From positions 62,001-126,000 of the forward strand of contig JASANG010001881.1 of NCBI GenBank assembly GCA_030248215.1: DNA of 64,000 nt, in the 5' to 3' direction. This DNA is from Enoplolaimus lenunculus (taxonomy: Eukaryota). Below are positions 1 through 13,210 of this stretch, piece after piece. Every line of letters begins with the position of its first letter. The first letter of the stretch is position 1. Both the position numbers and the translations under genes were made by a program. The notes under the pieces are model-generated. The model saw only the letters and a list, made by a program, of their open reading frames with translations. It was not told the DNA's origin and searched no databases.

Positions 1-240
1 ACGGTATTCACATCAAAAACGTCAGGCCACAATTGTTTCCCACGACCCTGGACAGGATTTTATATCGGAACAAGATTAAAGTTTCCCACGACCCTGGATA
101 GGATTTTATATCGGAACATGATTAAAGTTCAATATCCATGCGCAGATTTCAAAGTCACCCGATTTGTGATTTTCTTTATACCATAAAAACTGTTTTCGAC
201 AATTGGACATATTTAACATCTTGCTGCGATTACGTTTCTG

Positions 241-425
241 GGCCCTTGTAAAGATCAGGGGCGAAACGTTTTTGCGTGGGACTAAAAAAGAGTAGGCTTA
301 AGCTTTAGACTAATTCTTGCTTGGCTTATGCTTAGGCTTAGACTTAGGGATAAACTGCTTAGGCTTAGGCTTAGGCTTAGGAATATTCTTATAATACTGT
401 TCCGGCCCTTTTCTTTACATTGGCC
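241..425 (+). mobile_element. TTAGGC-carrying MITE, subfamily A
   Basis: Same TIRs and internal AAGCTTAAGCTTTAGACTAA + (TTAGGC)n. TSD CGTTTCTG/CCTGTCTG (6/8). Confidence 0.75.
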
Positions 426-796
426 CCTGTCTGGACAAGTAAAGTACGTTTTTCACAAACTGAACCAGAATACAAATATTCAAACTAACAATTTCAATTC
501 AGTAAACATGCACGTTTGTGCGACTCAATCACTTTCATCAGTACTCATATTTACATGCTACATCCGGTCAATATCCGGTTTCGGAAAAACTCAATATCCG
601 GCAAATTTATATCCGGTCGTATCCTGGCTAGAAGCTCAACTTTATCGGACGCAATATTTCAATACATGGTTTGTTTCGTTAAGCATCGGTAAAGTGCGTT
701 TTACACCTCTCATCAACCATTATACACCCATTAAAACACGACACGAAAAGCTAAAACAATTTTTTCGCCGCGCCAGCCACGGTAACAATTTCCTAC

Positions 797-3700
797 CCAC
801 CGTTGTGCCCTCGCAAGTTGATTGTCACCGGCCCCCTCTGACCCGTCAGGTTTAACACCATAAATGCACCTTAAAATGTGTTGCCGAAAAATTGCAACTG
901 CAGTCATATGCATCGACTGCAGATCAACTTTTGTTATAAACCGGCACAAAATAATTGTACCTCGTTTATCTTTGTCAAAAATGTTTATCTGTTCAGGGGT
1001 GACCATCTCCTGCGATTCTGCAATCACTGTCGTACCCAAGGAATTTAGACTGACTGGGTAGACTGACTGGGAGTCGGAAGCGGACCAAAACGACTAAAAT
1101 ATTAGTGCATAAGATACAATTGGCAAAACGATAAACGATGCTTCAATGTGATACTGTCTTGTTTAGGGGTCTCAGCCAATTTAGGCTCTTAATCTTAGTA
1201 TTAACCCCCTGTCACAAATCGGTATCGGACAATTTATGGGTTTAAAAGCGGCCGTTGGCAAAGCTTTAAAGGTTGTAAATGGTTCAAAATGTACGACAGT
1301 CCAAATTGTGTGTTTTTTCAAAACGGATTCATATCAGGTGTGACATTTTATCAACGACGACTACAATGCATAATGTCAAACCTGGAAACGCAAATATACC
1401 GTAGATACAGAAGCCGATCCAAAAAATTGTGACGGGGGTGGGCGGGCTGACAAATGTTATAAATCGTGAAAATTGTATGGTAGGGATCTTATCATTTTAT
1501 CACCAAAAAATTTTCGAAGGGCGAAATATTGTAACGTAGGCTCTTTACAATTTTATCACAAAAAATTCCGCAGGAAAAATTGGCAAAGATTTCCGTTATT
1601 AGCCAGTAAACGGTCGTTGCTATCAAGTTAAGCCTTCGCAGGGTCACACCTACCGACGCTCCAAGTACGACATATGACCCTTCTAGGGTAAAATGGCGCG
1701 GGCTTGCTACAGCCCTGGCTAAACCGATATATTGTCTGATTGAAAGAACCTTTTCGCCTTTGGAACAATTCAGGTTAACCATTGCGTTATTATCGCTTAT
1801 TTGGCGTCTCACTCGCATCGTTCGTGAGTTTCCTTTGGCCATATTATACCCGTATGTATGTGCCCCTGTTTTATAAATAAGCTATTGCGTTCCTGGTTGA
1901 TACCGTACAAGGGGGTCCCATCCTATGGACGCGGAAGGACGTTAGTGGATCCAGAGAACAAGGGAGGGGGTACGCCCCCATTTTTGTGATAAAACGGTAT
2001 CGTCCCTACTTTACAATTTCCCCTTCAAAAAATTGTCACATATATAGCATGCAGTATAAATTGCGTGTCACTACTTTTGCAAGCTCGCTCCCACCTGAGT
2101 AATTTCTGCTCCCGCAGCTGGGTGGTCGGCTCCAACACCGTTACCACGACATTGGTTGAACCAGGAGATGTTCCCTAGATTATGCTGGTTAACCGTCCAG
2201 TTCATTCAATCAGACAAGTAAAAGATTTCAACCAAAATTCGAACTATTAAGAGTGCTGTGGTGCCTCGCTGCTCGAGTCCATTAAGTTGAAACGCTTATG
2301 TAAATATTACAATCATATTGCATAAACAGACAAACCACGTGTCCAGGACATAATTCTTGTTTGACAAGCGTGCAAAATTTAAAATGTTTAATTTTAACGT
2401 CATGTGCTAAATTTTCAACCCATTCCCCCCGTAGCCTGCAAACCTGATTTTCAAGTGGTCGAATCGCTAGCCCCCTTGGCCGATATTGGGATTCAACTGT
2501 ATTTTAAACCAATGCAATGTTTAGAATTTAGGTATGACGTTTTTGGAACTTTTTTGTTTCATGTGGTTAAAAGTTGCTGGTTGCGGGGCTGACAGGAGAC
2601 AGAGTCGGGTCTCTCGCTCATGTTTTTCATATTTCATTTCCTGTTTATCGGTGTTCCTTGTTTTTCAGCTTTCTGTTCCTCTATTCCTTCACCAACATTC
2701 TTCTTTCCTCTCTTTACTTTCGTTCTTTTGATCCTTCTTTCTATTTCTATTTTTACATCTTCTGTCACTCGTTTTTCTCTTCCTTTCTTCTTCCTCTCTT
2801 CGCGTTTCTCTTTCTTTCTTTTCTGTCCATTGTTGCGATTATTCTACCTTCTCTTTCGGTCTTTTTCTCTTTTGTCATCCCCTCTTTGCGTTCTCTTTCT
2901 CTCTTTCCTGTCTTTTTTGCGATTATTTTTCCTTCTGATTTCCCTTTTCTTTCCCTCGTCTCCTCTTTCTCTCTTTTCCGTCTAATTTCTCTATTATTTT
3001 CCATTCTCAATCGCTCTTTCCTTTTTTCTACCCTCGTCGCATTCTCTTTATCTCTCTCCTATTTTTATGATTATTTTCCCTTCTCATTCCCTCCTTTTTT
3101 CTTTCCTATTTTCTTCTTCTCTTCCCATTCTGTTTGCCTCTTTTCTGTCTAATTTAGCGATTATTTACATTAGTTCAACTGCATACATCACCAAATCCTA
3201 TAATGTCTTCAAAATGCAGTTGTATGCACACAACATGCAAAACCTGCGTTAATTGCAACTGCATGCGCTCTGTGTGTGTTCTCATGCAAAATATGTTTGC
3301 TTATACAGCGCGCAAACCATTAATATTTACTTAAACCAAAAGCACAAAGCGAGAGAGAAAAGATTATTAATTTCAAATTTGCTTGTTTATACAATATTTC
3401 GAGTCAACGACTTAGATCCAACTGGACGGCAGAAAACTGAACCCTGTGGGTTGACACTTAACTTCAGATTTGCCAAAGAACCCTGGAGGACGTAAGGACG
3501 TCCCCACGGGAACAATTGATACCATAAGAGGGAACACTTTAATTGAAACTACAAATCAAATTAAGGCATTTTTGGAATATTTACCTTTCAGCTCTGGAAG
3601 TGATACATAACTCAACGCAATGTCATTGGCTATTTCTTGCAAAAATTTTAATGTAAACTGGCTATTGGCTGTTGGCGAAAACCTAACTTTTGAAAAGACC

Positions 3701-6131
3701 AGTTGGAATCACGGATAGTTGTGTTCATATCTTTTCGAGCTGAGTTTCTTACAAGCGATTGTGTCAAAAAAGGTTCAATCATTGCGGAAACTCTCGTTCG
3801 TAACGCTGGGATATGGTTCGTGGGTATTTTTTCGCCGTTTCCGTGATCCTCTGAGTGCCACTCATATCCACCCGGATCTGTCGCTGTTCGAGATTTGTCT
3901 CCACAAATATTCATCGATTGCCAAGGGCCAGGGTAAAACTTTTGTCTCGGGCAAAAAAACACAGCCTTAGTTTGGCCCTAAACTCAAAACTTCGTTTGTG
4001 GTTTAGCACTAAAATTGCGTTTAGTTTCTCGCTATCAGATTTCGCGTGACGTCCGTTTTTGGATATTTCTGGATCCGTCACTGCACTCCTCAATCAACAA
4101 ATCCCGACCCAGAACCACATGCGAGGGTCGGACAAATTGGTTTTACAAGGAAAATATGCAAGAATTGAAAAAACTTACAAATTGAACTAAATCTGGTCAG
4201 GGAAAATATTCCACAGGAGCCATGTGCCTTCCTTTGGCCACAAACTCACCGAATTTGTTCTTTCAGTTAAACGCGAATTTAGGATCTCATAGACGCCCCC
4301 CAACGCGTACCGGTGCACAGAATATCCATGATATCCTGAATTCAAATAACGCGGATTAAGCGAAACGCTAACATAGCTTGCTTACTTCCGTTGATAAATG
4401 CGCAGTAAAAGTCGTTAGTTTAAGCTGCTTTCAGATTAATTAAAATTAGGATAAGCTTAATAGTACACAATTCGCTAGCTTATCCCGAAAGCACAAGGGG
4501 TGTCCATGTCTTCTGTAAGGATTTTTTTGTGATAAAATAGGGAGTCTGCACAGGTACGTAGCCAGCTCACCTTGCTCGGAGCCTAAAATTTTTTCAGGAC
4601 GGGCATTAAAGGATTTTAGATGACTTTTACAAGCAAGATTTTCTAGACGAGTGTGAAATTTCAGATGGGGGTGAGCGCTTCCTGCCCCCCTTTGGTGGCA
4701 GGCCCGGGTTTATAACAATTTTACTGAAAACATCTGGTACACCTGAGTGGCTAAACATTATCCTAATGGTCACGTATTATCGATGACAAATGACCAAATG
4801 CCGCGTTGTCCAATCAGATACGCAACATCAGAGTTTGTTGCCAAAATGTTCGAGAATTCACTGCGTTTTAAATTACTATTTTCAAAAGTGAGAAAATTTA
4901 AAATTTTTATAACAAACTTTGTTTTTATAGTAAAAGTTATAAATCAAATTGAACCAGGCCCGGTAGCCAGCTCACCTTGCGAGTGGGGAAGATAAAAAGA
5001 TTTCAGTACGAGCATTCAAAGGTTTTTAATGAGTTACAAGCAAATTTGAAAATTTTCTATTGGGGCAACGATTTTTCGACCCGTGTAAACAATCAGGCGC
5101 GTAATGGTGCAATTTTAGTACTAAAACTACTAAATACAACATTTTCGTTGGGCGCCATAGCTTGGAAGGCCTTCTTAGATTCGCCAGTGTTTATTCGGCA
5201 ATATGAATCTAGACTCACCTTGTGTCTGGTGACAAAATATGCACCGATGATGAGGAATCATTGAACGACTCCAGTCGTCGACACGTGTCTTCTGTTGAGT
5301 TCCGCAAATCAATATCCGGTTCCGGTTGACCAGAGCAACTTGTATCCGGTTCTGGAAACGAGCCCGAGTTGCCATCTTTTCCGGCGGAAATACTGTCGCT
5401 GCAGTCATTTATTCGGGCACGTTTTGCTGCCTAAAATATAGAAATATATAAGGCAAAACAGATTTAGTAACAACGATATGAAAACTAAAGCTGATTTTAG
5501 CTGTATACAGATATATATATATAATATATATAATATAATATATATAATATATAATATATATATAATATGTAATATATTATATATGTTTTTAATGTTCTTT
5601 ATTCAATGTCCTTGCTCGAATATCGTTAAAATTACTTGCAACAATGAAAGTAAAAATCTCTTCGAGACGCGAAAACCCATCGTGGTCTCGAGCTTCAAGC
5701 TCTTATTGTCGACAGTACCTAATTTTATTGAAAATTTCAGTTAAAATTACATAGCTAATTTGAATTTAATATGAGAAAGAAGTACAAAAATTGAACACTG
5801 AACACCAGGGTGCAACTAGAGGGTATGCGAAAAAGTCCTAAAAGATAATGGCTGGAATTGCAAAAGCCTAAAGTACAACTTAGTGCTTAATAAAGCAAAA
5901 CTATTACTCTCTTGTTATGACAATGGCTAACATTTGTGGTTTATTTGTTTTTGCTTAAAAAGTTAGCGTTTACTTAAGTTGGCGACTTTAGTAGTTATTA
6001 AGTATAACTTAAGTAAATGCTTAAGTAAGATTTTAGAAACTCAGCCAATATCTGTCAAATTTTTGAACGGATTAATTTACTGGATCTTACCTGTTCACCA
6101 AAATAACAGCTTGGATCACTAAAATTGGCAT
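797..6131 (-). CDS. Putative spliced protein-coding gene of unknown family (partial model)
   Basis: Open, AG/GT-bounded segments with mutually compatible phases: 6131-6091 (ANFSDPSCYFGEQ), 5430-5219 (AAKRARINDC...SPDT), 3682-3585 (FSPTANSQFTLKFLQEIANDIALSYVSLPELK), 1865-1654 (AHTYGYNMAKG...GSYVVLGAS), and 1093 downward (SFWSASDSQSVYP...). No recognisable domain, and both ends are undefined. Confidence 0.45.
2620..3155. repeat. Polypyrimidine (CT-rich) low-complexity tract
   Basis: ~530 bp almost entirely T/C on the plus strand. Confidence 0.85.
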
Positions 6132-6763
6132 CTAAATTTCTTGGCCAAGCGTAAGCAGCAGGAGTTAATATCATAATATAAGTTTCTTAGTAAAAATAGC
6201 GCAGCAAATAGTTATTACACTGTAAATTCCAATGAGTTGATTAATCATCTCAGATAGTTATTTCTGAGTGTAATAGCGGCAAACATTAACTCACTCTGAG
6301 TTGAGTTGATTCCCACTGCGAGTTCAGTTGAATCCGGAGAGATGAATAATTTACTCAGAGTGAATTTTATTGACTCAGTATTTTGAGTTGTGAATATCCT
6401 AACTCAGACTGAGTGATTCATCTCATTTTGAGTTAAAATCAACTCACTGGCATTTACAGTGAGATAATTTATCAAAAATGCTGACAAGTGACTCACAAGC
6501 AAGGTTGAAAATTTTCTAGGAGCAAAATGTTTTCAAGAAGGCCACCCTCTGGCTACGGGCGCGTGCTAACTGCAACATTTTATTTCGCAGTGCAATTCGT
6601 ATTAGTTTTCGTAAAACATTATTGCTACATTGTTGCAGCCTGTATATATCATCAAACATGATATTATTCTTGGGGTCAACACATTGATATCGCTGTGTAT
6701 CATATTTCTCAACCATCTCCTGACACACCTTTCAAGAGAGATTCTGTTCTTTATACAGAAATT

Positions 6764-6948
6764 GGCCTATGTTAGTTTAAGAAGCGTCCAAGTTTCGAGT
6801 GGGTCTATAAAAGAGTAGGTTTAGATTCTAGATTACATTTTTTTGCTTGGACTTAGGCTTAGGAACAGATTTTTGCAACTCATAGGCGTAGTATTTGGCT
6901 TAGGACTACACTTAATCTACTGTTACGCCCCTAAAAGTAACATTGGCC
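6764..6948 (+). mobile_element. TTAGGC-carrying MITE, subfamily B (other copies 52400-52611, ~54360-54540, 54912-55102 on minus; 61347-61470 on plus)
   Basis: TIR consensus GGCC(C/A)ATGTTACTTTTAGGG. TSD CAGAAATT/CAGAAAAT here and GTGGCCAG/GTGGGCAG at 52400-52611. Confidence 0.8.
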
Positions 6949-9900
6949 CAGAAAATAATCGGCAATTTTAACACGATATATAATTCTCTCGGCATGTAAA
7001 CTTAATCTGAACATCACGCAATATATCACAGTCGTAAGAAACAGAGGGTCGCACCTGTTGGTCATGGACACTAAAATGCCATATTTGGTTTGGGGGATGG
7101 CATCGGATACAGATCTAAAATTGATTTGTCACTAAACAGAATCTTGTTTCGAATTCAACGACAGTTGATGATTGGTCTTGTAATTTTCGAATCAGTGAAT
7201 GGTGAGTTTTGAGATTTAGCACATTTTTTGCAATTCATTTCCGCTGATGCGTAAATAACGACAATTGCTATTGTCGCAGTTGAGTTTGCTTAAAAACGGT
7301 TTACTAATTGAAGATAGGAGCACTACAAGCTGTGTTCAAAATTAGCTCTAAAACACAGTGGTGCCAATGTATAGAACAAGGGCAGAACAGTAGTATAAGC
7401 ATATTTAAATTTCTAAGCCTAAACGTAGGCTTAATCTTATAAATCTAAACCTGAGCCTAAGCAATAAATTGTATGTTAAGCTTTAAAGGGTACTATATTA
7501 CAGTCTCATAGAAAAACGTTCCGCGTCTGATCGTTAAATGGGCCCACGTTGGTGACAGTTCTTCAAGTGTGAGGGACGCAAAAAATGAATTAGTCAAAAC
7601 TTCAAATTTGAGGGTGAGATAATTCGTACAATTTACAGCTTCCTGAAAAGCTAAAATATGTAAAAAAAATGTTAAATACAATTATTTTGTGTAAATACAA
7701 AATAGCCGTGATAATTTTGAAAAACGTTGTAAGCATTTGAAATATGCTTGTTCTGATGCACATACAATATATGCAATGTACACTGTGTTGTATGCTAGCC
7801 GGCATCATACGTGTCGACAAATGAACTGTACTATTAAACCAGTCATAACCATTAAATTATCCTTTCAAAAAAACGACAAAACTTGTCACCAACTGGTAAT
7901 AGCTGGTACATCTCGTTGCGAATATTTAATCTGGTTAATAACCTAAGTCTAAACCTAAAGCCTAAATTTTCGTACATTTAACCAATCAAATGGTGTTTGG
8001 CTAAAAGTTAAAATTTGTCAACAAAATACAAAACTCTTTGTCACAATGCCTATTGTTGTATATGTCGTGATTCTTGTCAAATTGTTTGAAATATGATCCG
8101 AAACGATGTGTGACGGACGTCAGACGGGTAGAAATATTTTGAAGGCGAAATTCTGGTTTCCCACCCTGCGTGCACCCGGTTCCACCAAAGTTTTAGTTGC
8201 CACTGTACCCCCCCGGACTACGAATAAAAACAAAACAATTGTAGTTCCCACCTAAAAAATTATTAACAACTTAGTGTCCATAGACAACCCAACGTAGAGA
8301 AGACTATACATTTAGAACTATAGCCATCTACAAGGATTTCGTCTAAAACCAGGACTGAGACAGCAAGCAATGGGACGCTCCAGGAGGGACGTTCCGTATT
8401 TTTCTGATGTGTTCCGCTCCCACCAGCACATATATTTGGCAGAAATTTTTTGAACAAAACCAACGTTAATTTTACCTACCGTATGCTAGTATGAATAGCA
8501 TTTTTGTGGCAGATTTAAAAATGTTACAGCTAAAATTTGATTCATCGCAAATTTGATGATTTTTGTCTCTGTAAGCTTGTGCTAAAGAACTCGAGTATCT
8601 AAGCTGAGACTACCACCGTATTTAGATTCTGTAGAATTACCATACACAGCTTAGACTCGAAACGGTTGTCATTGTCATGTTGCGTTTAGTTCAGATTGAC
8701 GTGTAAATTGCTAATTTGGCGAAACATCGACGGGTATTATTCAAGAAAGTATGTTATTGGCTTTTATTCTTTTGATTAGTCCTGTTTCGACGGTTGATCC
8801 TACCCCCAGCGTGTTGATAATCACAAATGCAATTGTACCCCTGTGAAATTTACACGGAAAATTTAAGATTTCAATATAGTTTCAACAAGTTTCACTGTCA
8901 GCAAGGGTGTGAAGATTTAGAAAAAATTCTAATAATATACAGTTTTTTGGCGATTTTTCGAGCCGAGGGATACGTCCCAAGCCCTAAGCCTAAGCGTGTT
9001 AGACAACTGAAACATACGAATATAGCACTTGTTGATCCGCGGGACAATAGCAGAATTGGAAGCAAATTTCGTCAGTGCACCCTCGAGCAGTCACCCACGA
9101 GTGATTCGATTTGCTTTTAAAATGACGGTCGGCGCCGAACTGCGCCAAGCGGGTAACGGATGGCGCCGGCGCTGTCTGTCACCGTGCAACGCCAACCGTC
9201 ACCATGCGGAATCGTACGCAAATAACTCACGTCCGATAGCGTATAGTTCCGGACGGTGCCGGACATCACCGTACGGATGACGGACGACACCGGACGTCAA
9301 GTATAGCGCAACCCTAATACTTGTGCGCGACAAACCTAAAAGTAATTCGTTCTGGTTCATAGTAAACCAGATTTTTTGCGCAAATAATTAACACATTTTA
9401 CACCATCAGGAAAAAACCTATTAAGGCTGTCTTTAAAATTTAGCTGCTACGGCTGAAAATAATGGTAATTAACCTGGAAAATTTGGCCGTTTAAACTGGT
9501 AATAGCGGCGTGTGGCTGCGGAACGTTCATTTTCGGTATTTAACCAGTACGTTGTCATTTTAGCTGATTTTACGAGCAAATCAGTGAAAATATACAATGG
9601 TTTGTTTATAAACACATATGCTTATAACAAAGCCAGTTTATCTTTGGGTTGTAAATTTATAATTTTGCAGAATAAACGATAAACTATCAAAAATAAGCAT
9701 CAGCTTGGACCCGGTAACGGTATATTAATATGGGGATAATAGCTTGTATGTTACTTAACCCAAGCCACTTTATCATAATATATCCGTCAGGGTTTTGAAG
9801 CAATTTAACCCCTGCCACAGGTTCAAGTATATACTCTGTAAAAGCTTAAATTAACTTGATTTAATCTTAAGGTAATCCAGCAGTATTAAACTTATATACC

Positions 9901-12805
9901 TTGTAGATTAACAAAACTAACAGGTAGGTTTACGCTTAAACTCATTTAAAATCTTACATATTTTCAGTTTAAGCTAAACTTAACAAACTCTTAGATACAA
10001 GTAATTTCTGGGCTGCACTCATTACTTAAATTAAAGATAATTTTACTTAAACTCAAGTTAAACTTAAAAACATGTTAGTTTCAAGTAAAACTTTAAATTC
10101 TAGTTTAGTTAGTCCATTTGGTGGAAAAATATTTCTAAGCTTGATCTAACAAGATATCGAAGATCCGGTTTTTGTCCGGTTCCGGCGACAAAATTGAATT
10201 TAATTCGACTTACAGGTTTGAAGTTTCCGCTCATATTAAAGCTTAGATCCATGCTTACGCCATAGATTTCTTCTCAGAGCTTGCTCGCTTCCTGTATAAT
10301 ATTAGCCCTAATGTCTGACTTTTAATATGTGAATATCGATAACTATAGGAGCCTACTGATTGGTTCGTAGAGTTAGATTGCAAAGGTTAACATAATTGAA
10401 GCTTAGACTTAGGATTAGGCTTACATTTAGGATGAAACTTAGGTCTAGGCTTACGCTTAGTTGGCTGCCATAGGAATCAACATGGGCCTGAATATTGTCA
10501 GATTTGACAGACTCAGTAACGATATGGTTTAATATTTTCAGAAAGTGTTGCCAAAAATTTTCAATACTTTCTCGTTCGTATAAAATAAATTAATCATCAA
10601 ATTAAATTTGAAAAAAACTGGTTCAAATACAGTTGAGTGCCTTGCACCAGGAGATTAGCCGAAAAACTACCCACTAAAATCTCTAAATTCAACGCTATAA
10701 ACGGTTTGAAAAAGTTAAATTTAGTTTCATTTAAATAATTCCAATCGAGCAATTTGTCCAATCAAAATGCTCGAATGGAAATTACAAGACGAAACATCAT
10801 TGGCTAATATACGCTTACGGTAAGGTAATCCATCAATTTCTATTGGACAATTGTGTTCCTATTGGTGTTACTGTTTTTCCATTGGTCAGTCTCACACTGG
10901 AAGGTGGGAACAGACAATGGTGGCGAGTTTTGGTAAACTAAAAATCTGAATATTTCAGTGTAGAAATGTACGTATAAAATAAGCCTAACCTTAAGCCTAA
11001 CGACAAATTCTAAAATCTAAGTTTTAAACTGTACTTGGATGTTCTCACTAACAATCGTTCAAATTGTATACAGCATCTATTCTCAAATGCGTATAGCACC
11101 TATTACCAGTGAGCGATTGTTTTTCAACCTGATAACATCCTGCAATTGGGGATCTAAAACTGGCATAGAACCAGGATCAATCAAAGAGAAAAATGTGGCC
11201 ATTTTAGGAACATCGCATTCAGTGGTTCAAAAGGTACAAGACGTGTAAATATTCACCGGATTTTAAAAAAATTCAAAGAAAAGCGGTGGAGCCACCGAAA
11301 TTTTTCACGATTTTGGACGAATTTCGTCACATTTACCTCATTTCAAACAAGTGTAGCATATCTGTAATAAAATGTTGCCAGATATATACACAATTAATAA
11401 CTAATGTTCAGCGTTAACACAACGAAATTGCCGGTATTTCTAATTAGTTAAACCAAAAGTCGATAATGGATTCAACAAGAGTGTGCAACTGGGTACATTC
11501 TGTGTACAAATGAATGTACCCGGCACGCGTAGCATTGTTCTTTTACCCCCCTCATTCGAAGGGGTGTTGAAACCTTGAACGCAGGCAAATACTGTTACGA
11601 TACACTGTGCAAACATTGTTCGATTGTAATCTTGATTTAGGTTTAACTGAGTTCTGCCTGCAGTTGACCCCCTAAATAAGAGTGGGTATGGGCAAAACGC
11701 AACGCGCGGTGGTACTTTTTATGCCCCGCGTATTTTTGGAAGTTGCACACTCTTATTATCGACTCTTGGTCAAACAGATACCGGTTTTTACCGGAAACGG
11801 ATATCCGGTTACACTCTACTTATAAAATATGTTTCTTTTAATTTTACTGTATTAAAAATGGAACAATTGCAATAACCAAGATGCGCAACGCATCCTGTAT
11901 TTTGTGTTGAAGAGAATAAGTCAGATTGATTTTTAATATTTGAGCTTCTCATGACCTCTTGTGATCGTTTCACGTTGTAAAACTGGTGCAAAAACGTTGT
12001 GACAAGTAGACAATTGTGATCAGGTTGGTGTACTTACAGATAATAACACAAAGCGATACAACAAACCCGAGGCATCTTCCAAATTAGGCGGCGCGTTCCG
12101 TCAATTTATCACTGACAATTTTAATTGGTTCGTTTAAATATTGATGCTTTTGCTGTGAACACTTGCAATAACACAGACAGCGACACAAACATTGCGTCTG
12201 GTTGGAACAAAAACAAAACCGCCTTTACCAAATAAGGGATACCCAGCATGGCTTAGATCCCAACCCTCGAGAAATATTTGGGTCAAAAAAATTTGTACTA
12301 CAAATTTTAACAGAAATGATTTTTTAACCAAAACCATAGTGTTTATTTCAATAATTTGGTGACACAAAACAGTTATTTTTAGGCAAATGATTTTACAGAC
12401 ACAAAACTGACCCTGGTATGGTCAACTTTAACAAGCTTAAGCGAGAGAATAAAAGGTTTTAAACAGCCACCTTACGGTAGTAACAATCGTGTGAATATTT
12501 TACCAAAACAATTTAAATGTGATTGTCTAGAAATCGTTAATCAAAGTTGCTTTGAATAAACATTAAAAATTACTGCCGGCAACGCTGGTGGAATTTTACC
12601 CAAACCAGCAAACAAACGAACCAACCAACGAACGAACGAACAACAAACTTAAAATACGAACGAACAGCCAAACAAATGAGGTGTAAATTGTGGATGTAAA
12701 AAAACTTGCACATGTGAATAGGGCTTATTGAAAACCTAAACTGTTTACCTTAGCGCCGTAAGGAATTATAATTGCTGTTATACGCCGTGAGACTTGTATA
12801 TATAT

Positions 12806-13210
12806 CATGGTGCAACCGGAATTCCGGTTCCGTTAGGGAAATTCGGTATTTTTCACTACCCGGTTCCGGTAAAAAAATCGGTATTTTTTCACCGGAATCT
12901 TCCGGTATTTTCGGTATTGGAAATTTTGCTGTTTTGAAAATTTAAGAAAAACTGACATATTATTGTAACATATTTTTCTAAAATTAGCTGAGCGTGTATT
13001 GCCAAAATTTTCAATTTGTGTCATACTTTATAATTGATCATACGTTTCTAGCTACTGCCTTTGTTTCCGGATTTTGGCATCCTAAATGGTGTGTTTACAC
13101 CGTTAAAAGCGATAAAATGGCGTTTTCAATAACAAGACTTTTTTGGTTTCCTGGTTCCGGTATTTTTTAACTTTCCGGTTCCGGTATTTTATAATTCCGG
13201 TTGCACCCTG
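12806..13210. mobile_element. hAT-like MITE (CAG termini, 8-bp TSD); second copy 46796-47191
   Basis: CATGGTGCAACCGG...CCGGTTGCACCCTG with ATATATAT on both sides. The second copy reads CAGGGTTCAACC...GTTGCATCCTG with ACTGACAA/ACTAACAA. Both contain subterminal TTCCGG repeats. Confidence 0.75.

Noticed and set aside
35..129. 46-bp tandem duplication possibly duplicating a splice acceptor
   Set aside because: The duplication is real, but the exon lies at the window edge and cannot be validated.
328..855. 175-aa ORF starting with LRLRLR, and similar LGLGLG/PKPKPK ORFs elsewhere
   Set aside because: These begin in or derive from TTAGGC MITE sequence and have no coding signature.
2574..3152. 192-aa hydrophobic 'membrane protein' ORF
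   Set aside because: Translation of a CT-rich low-complexity tract.
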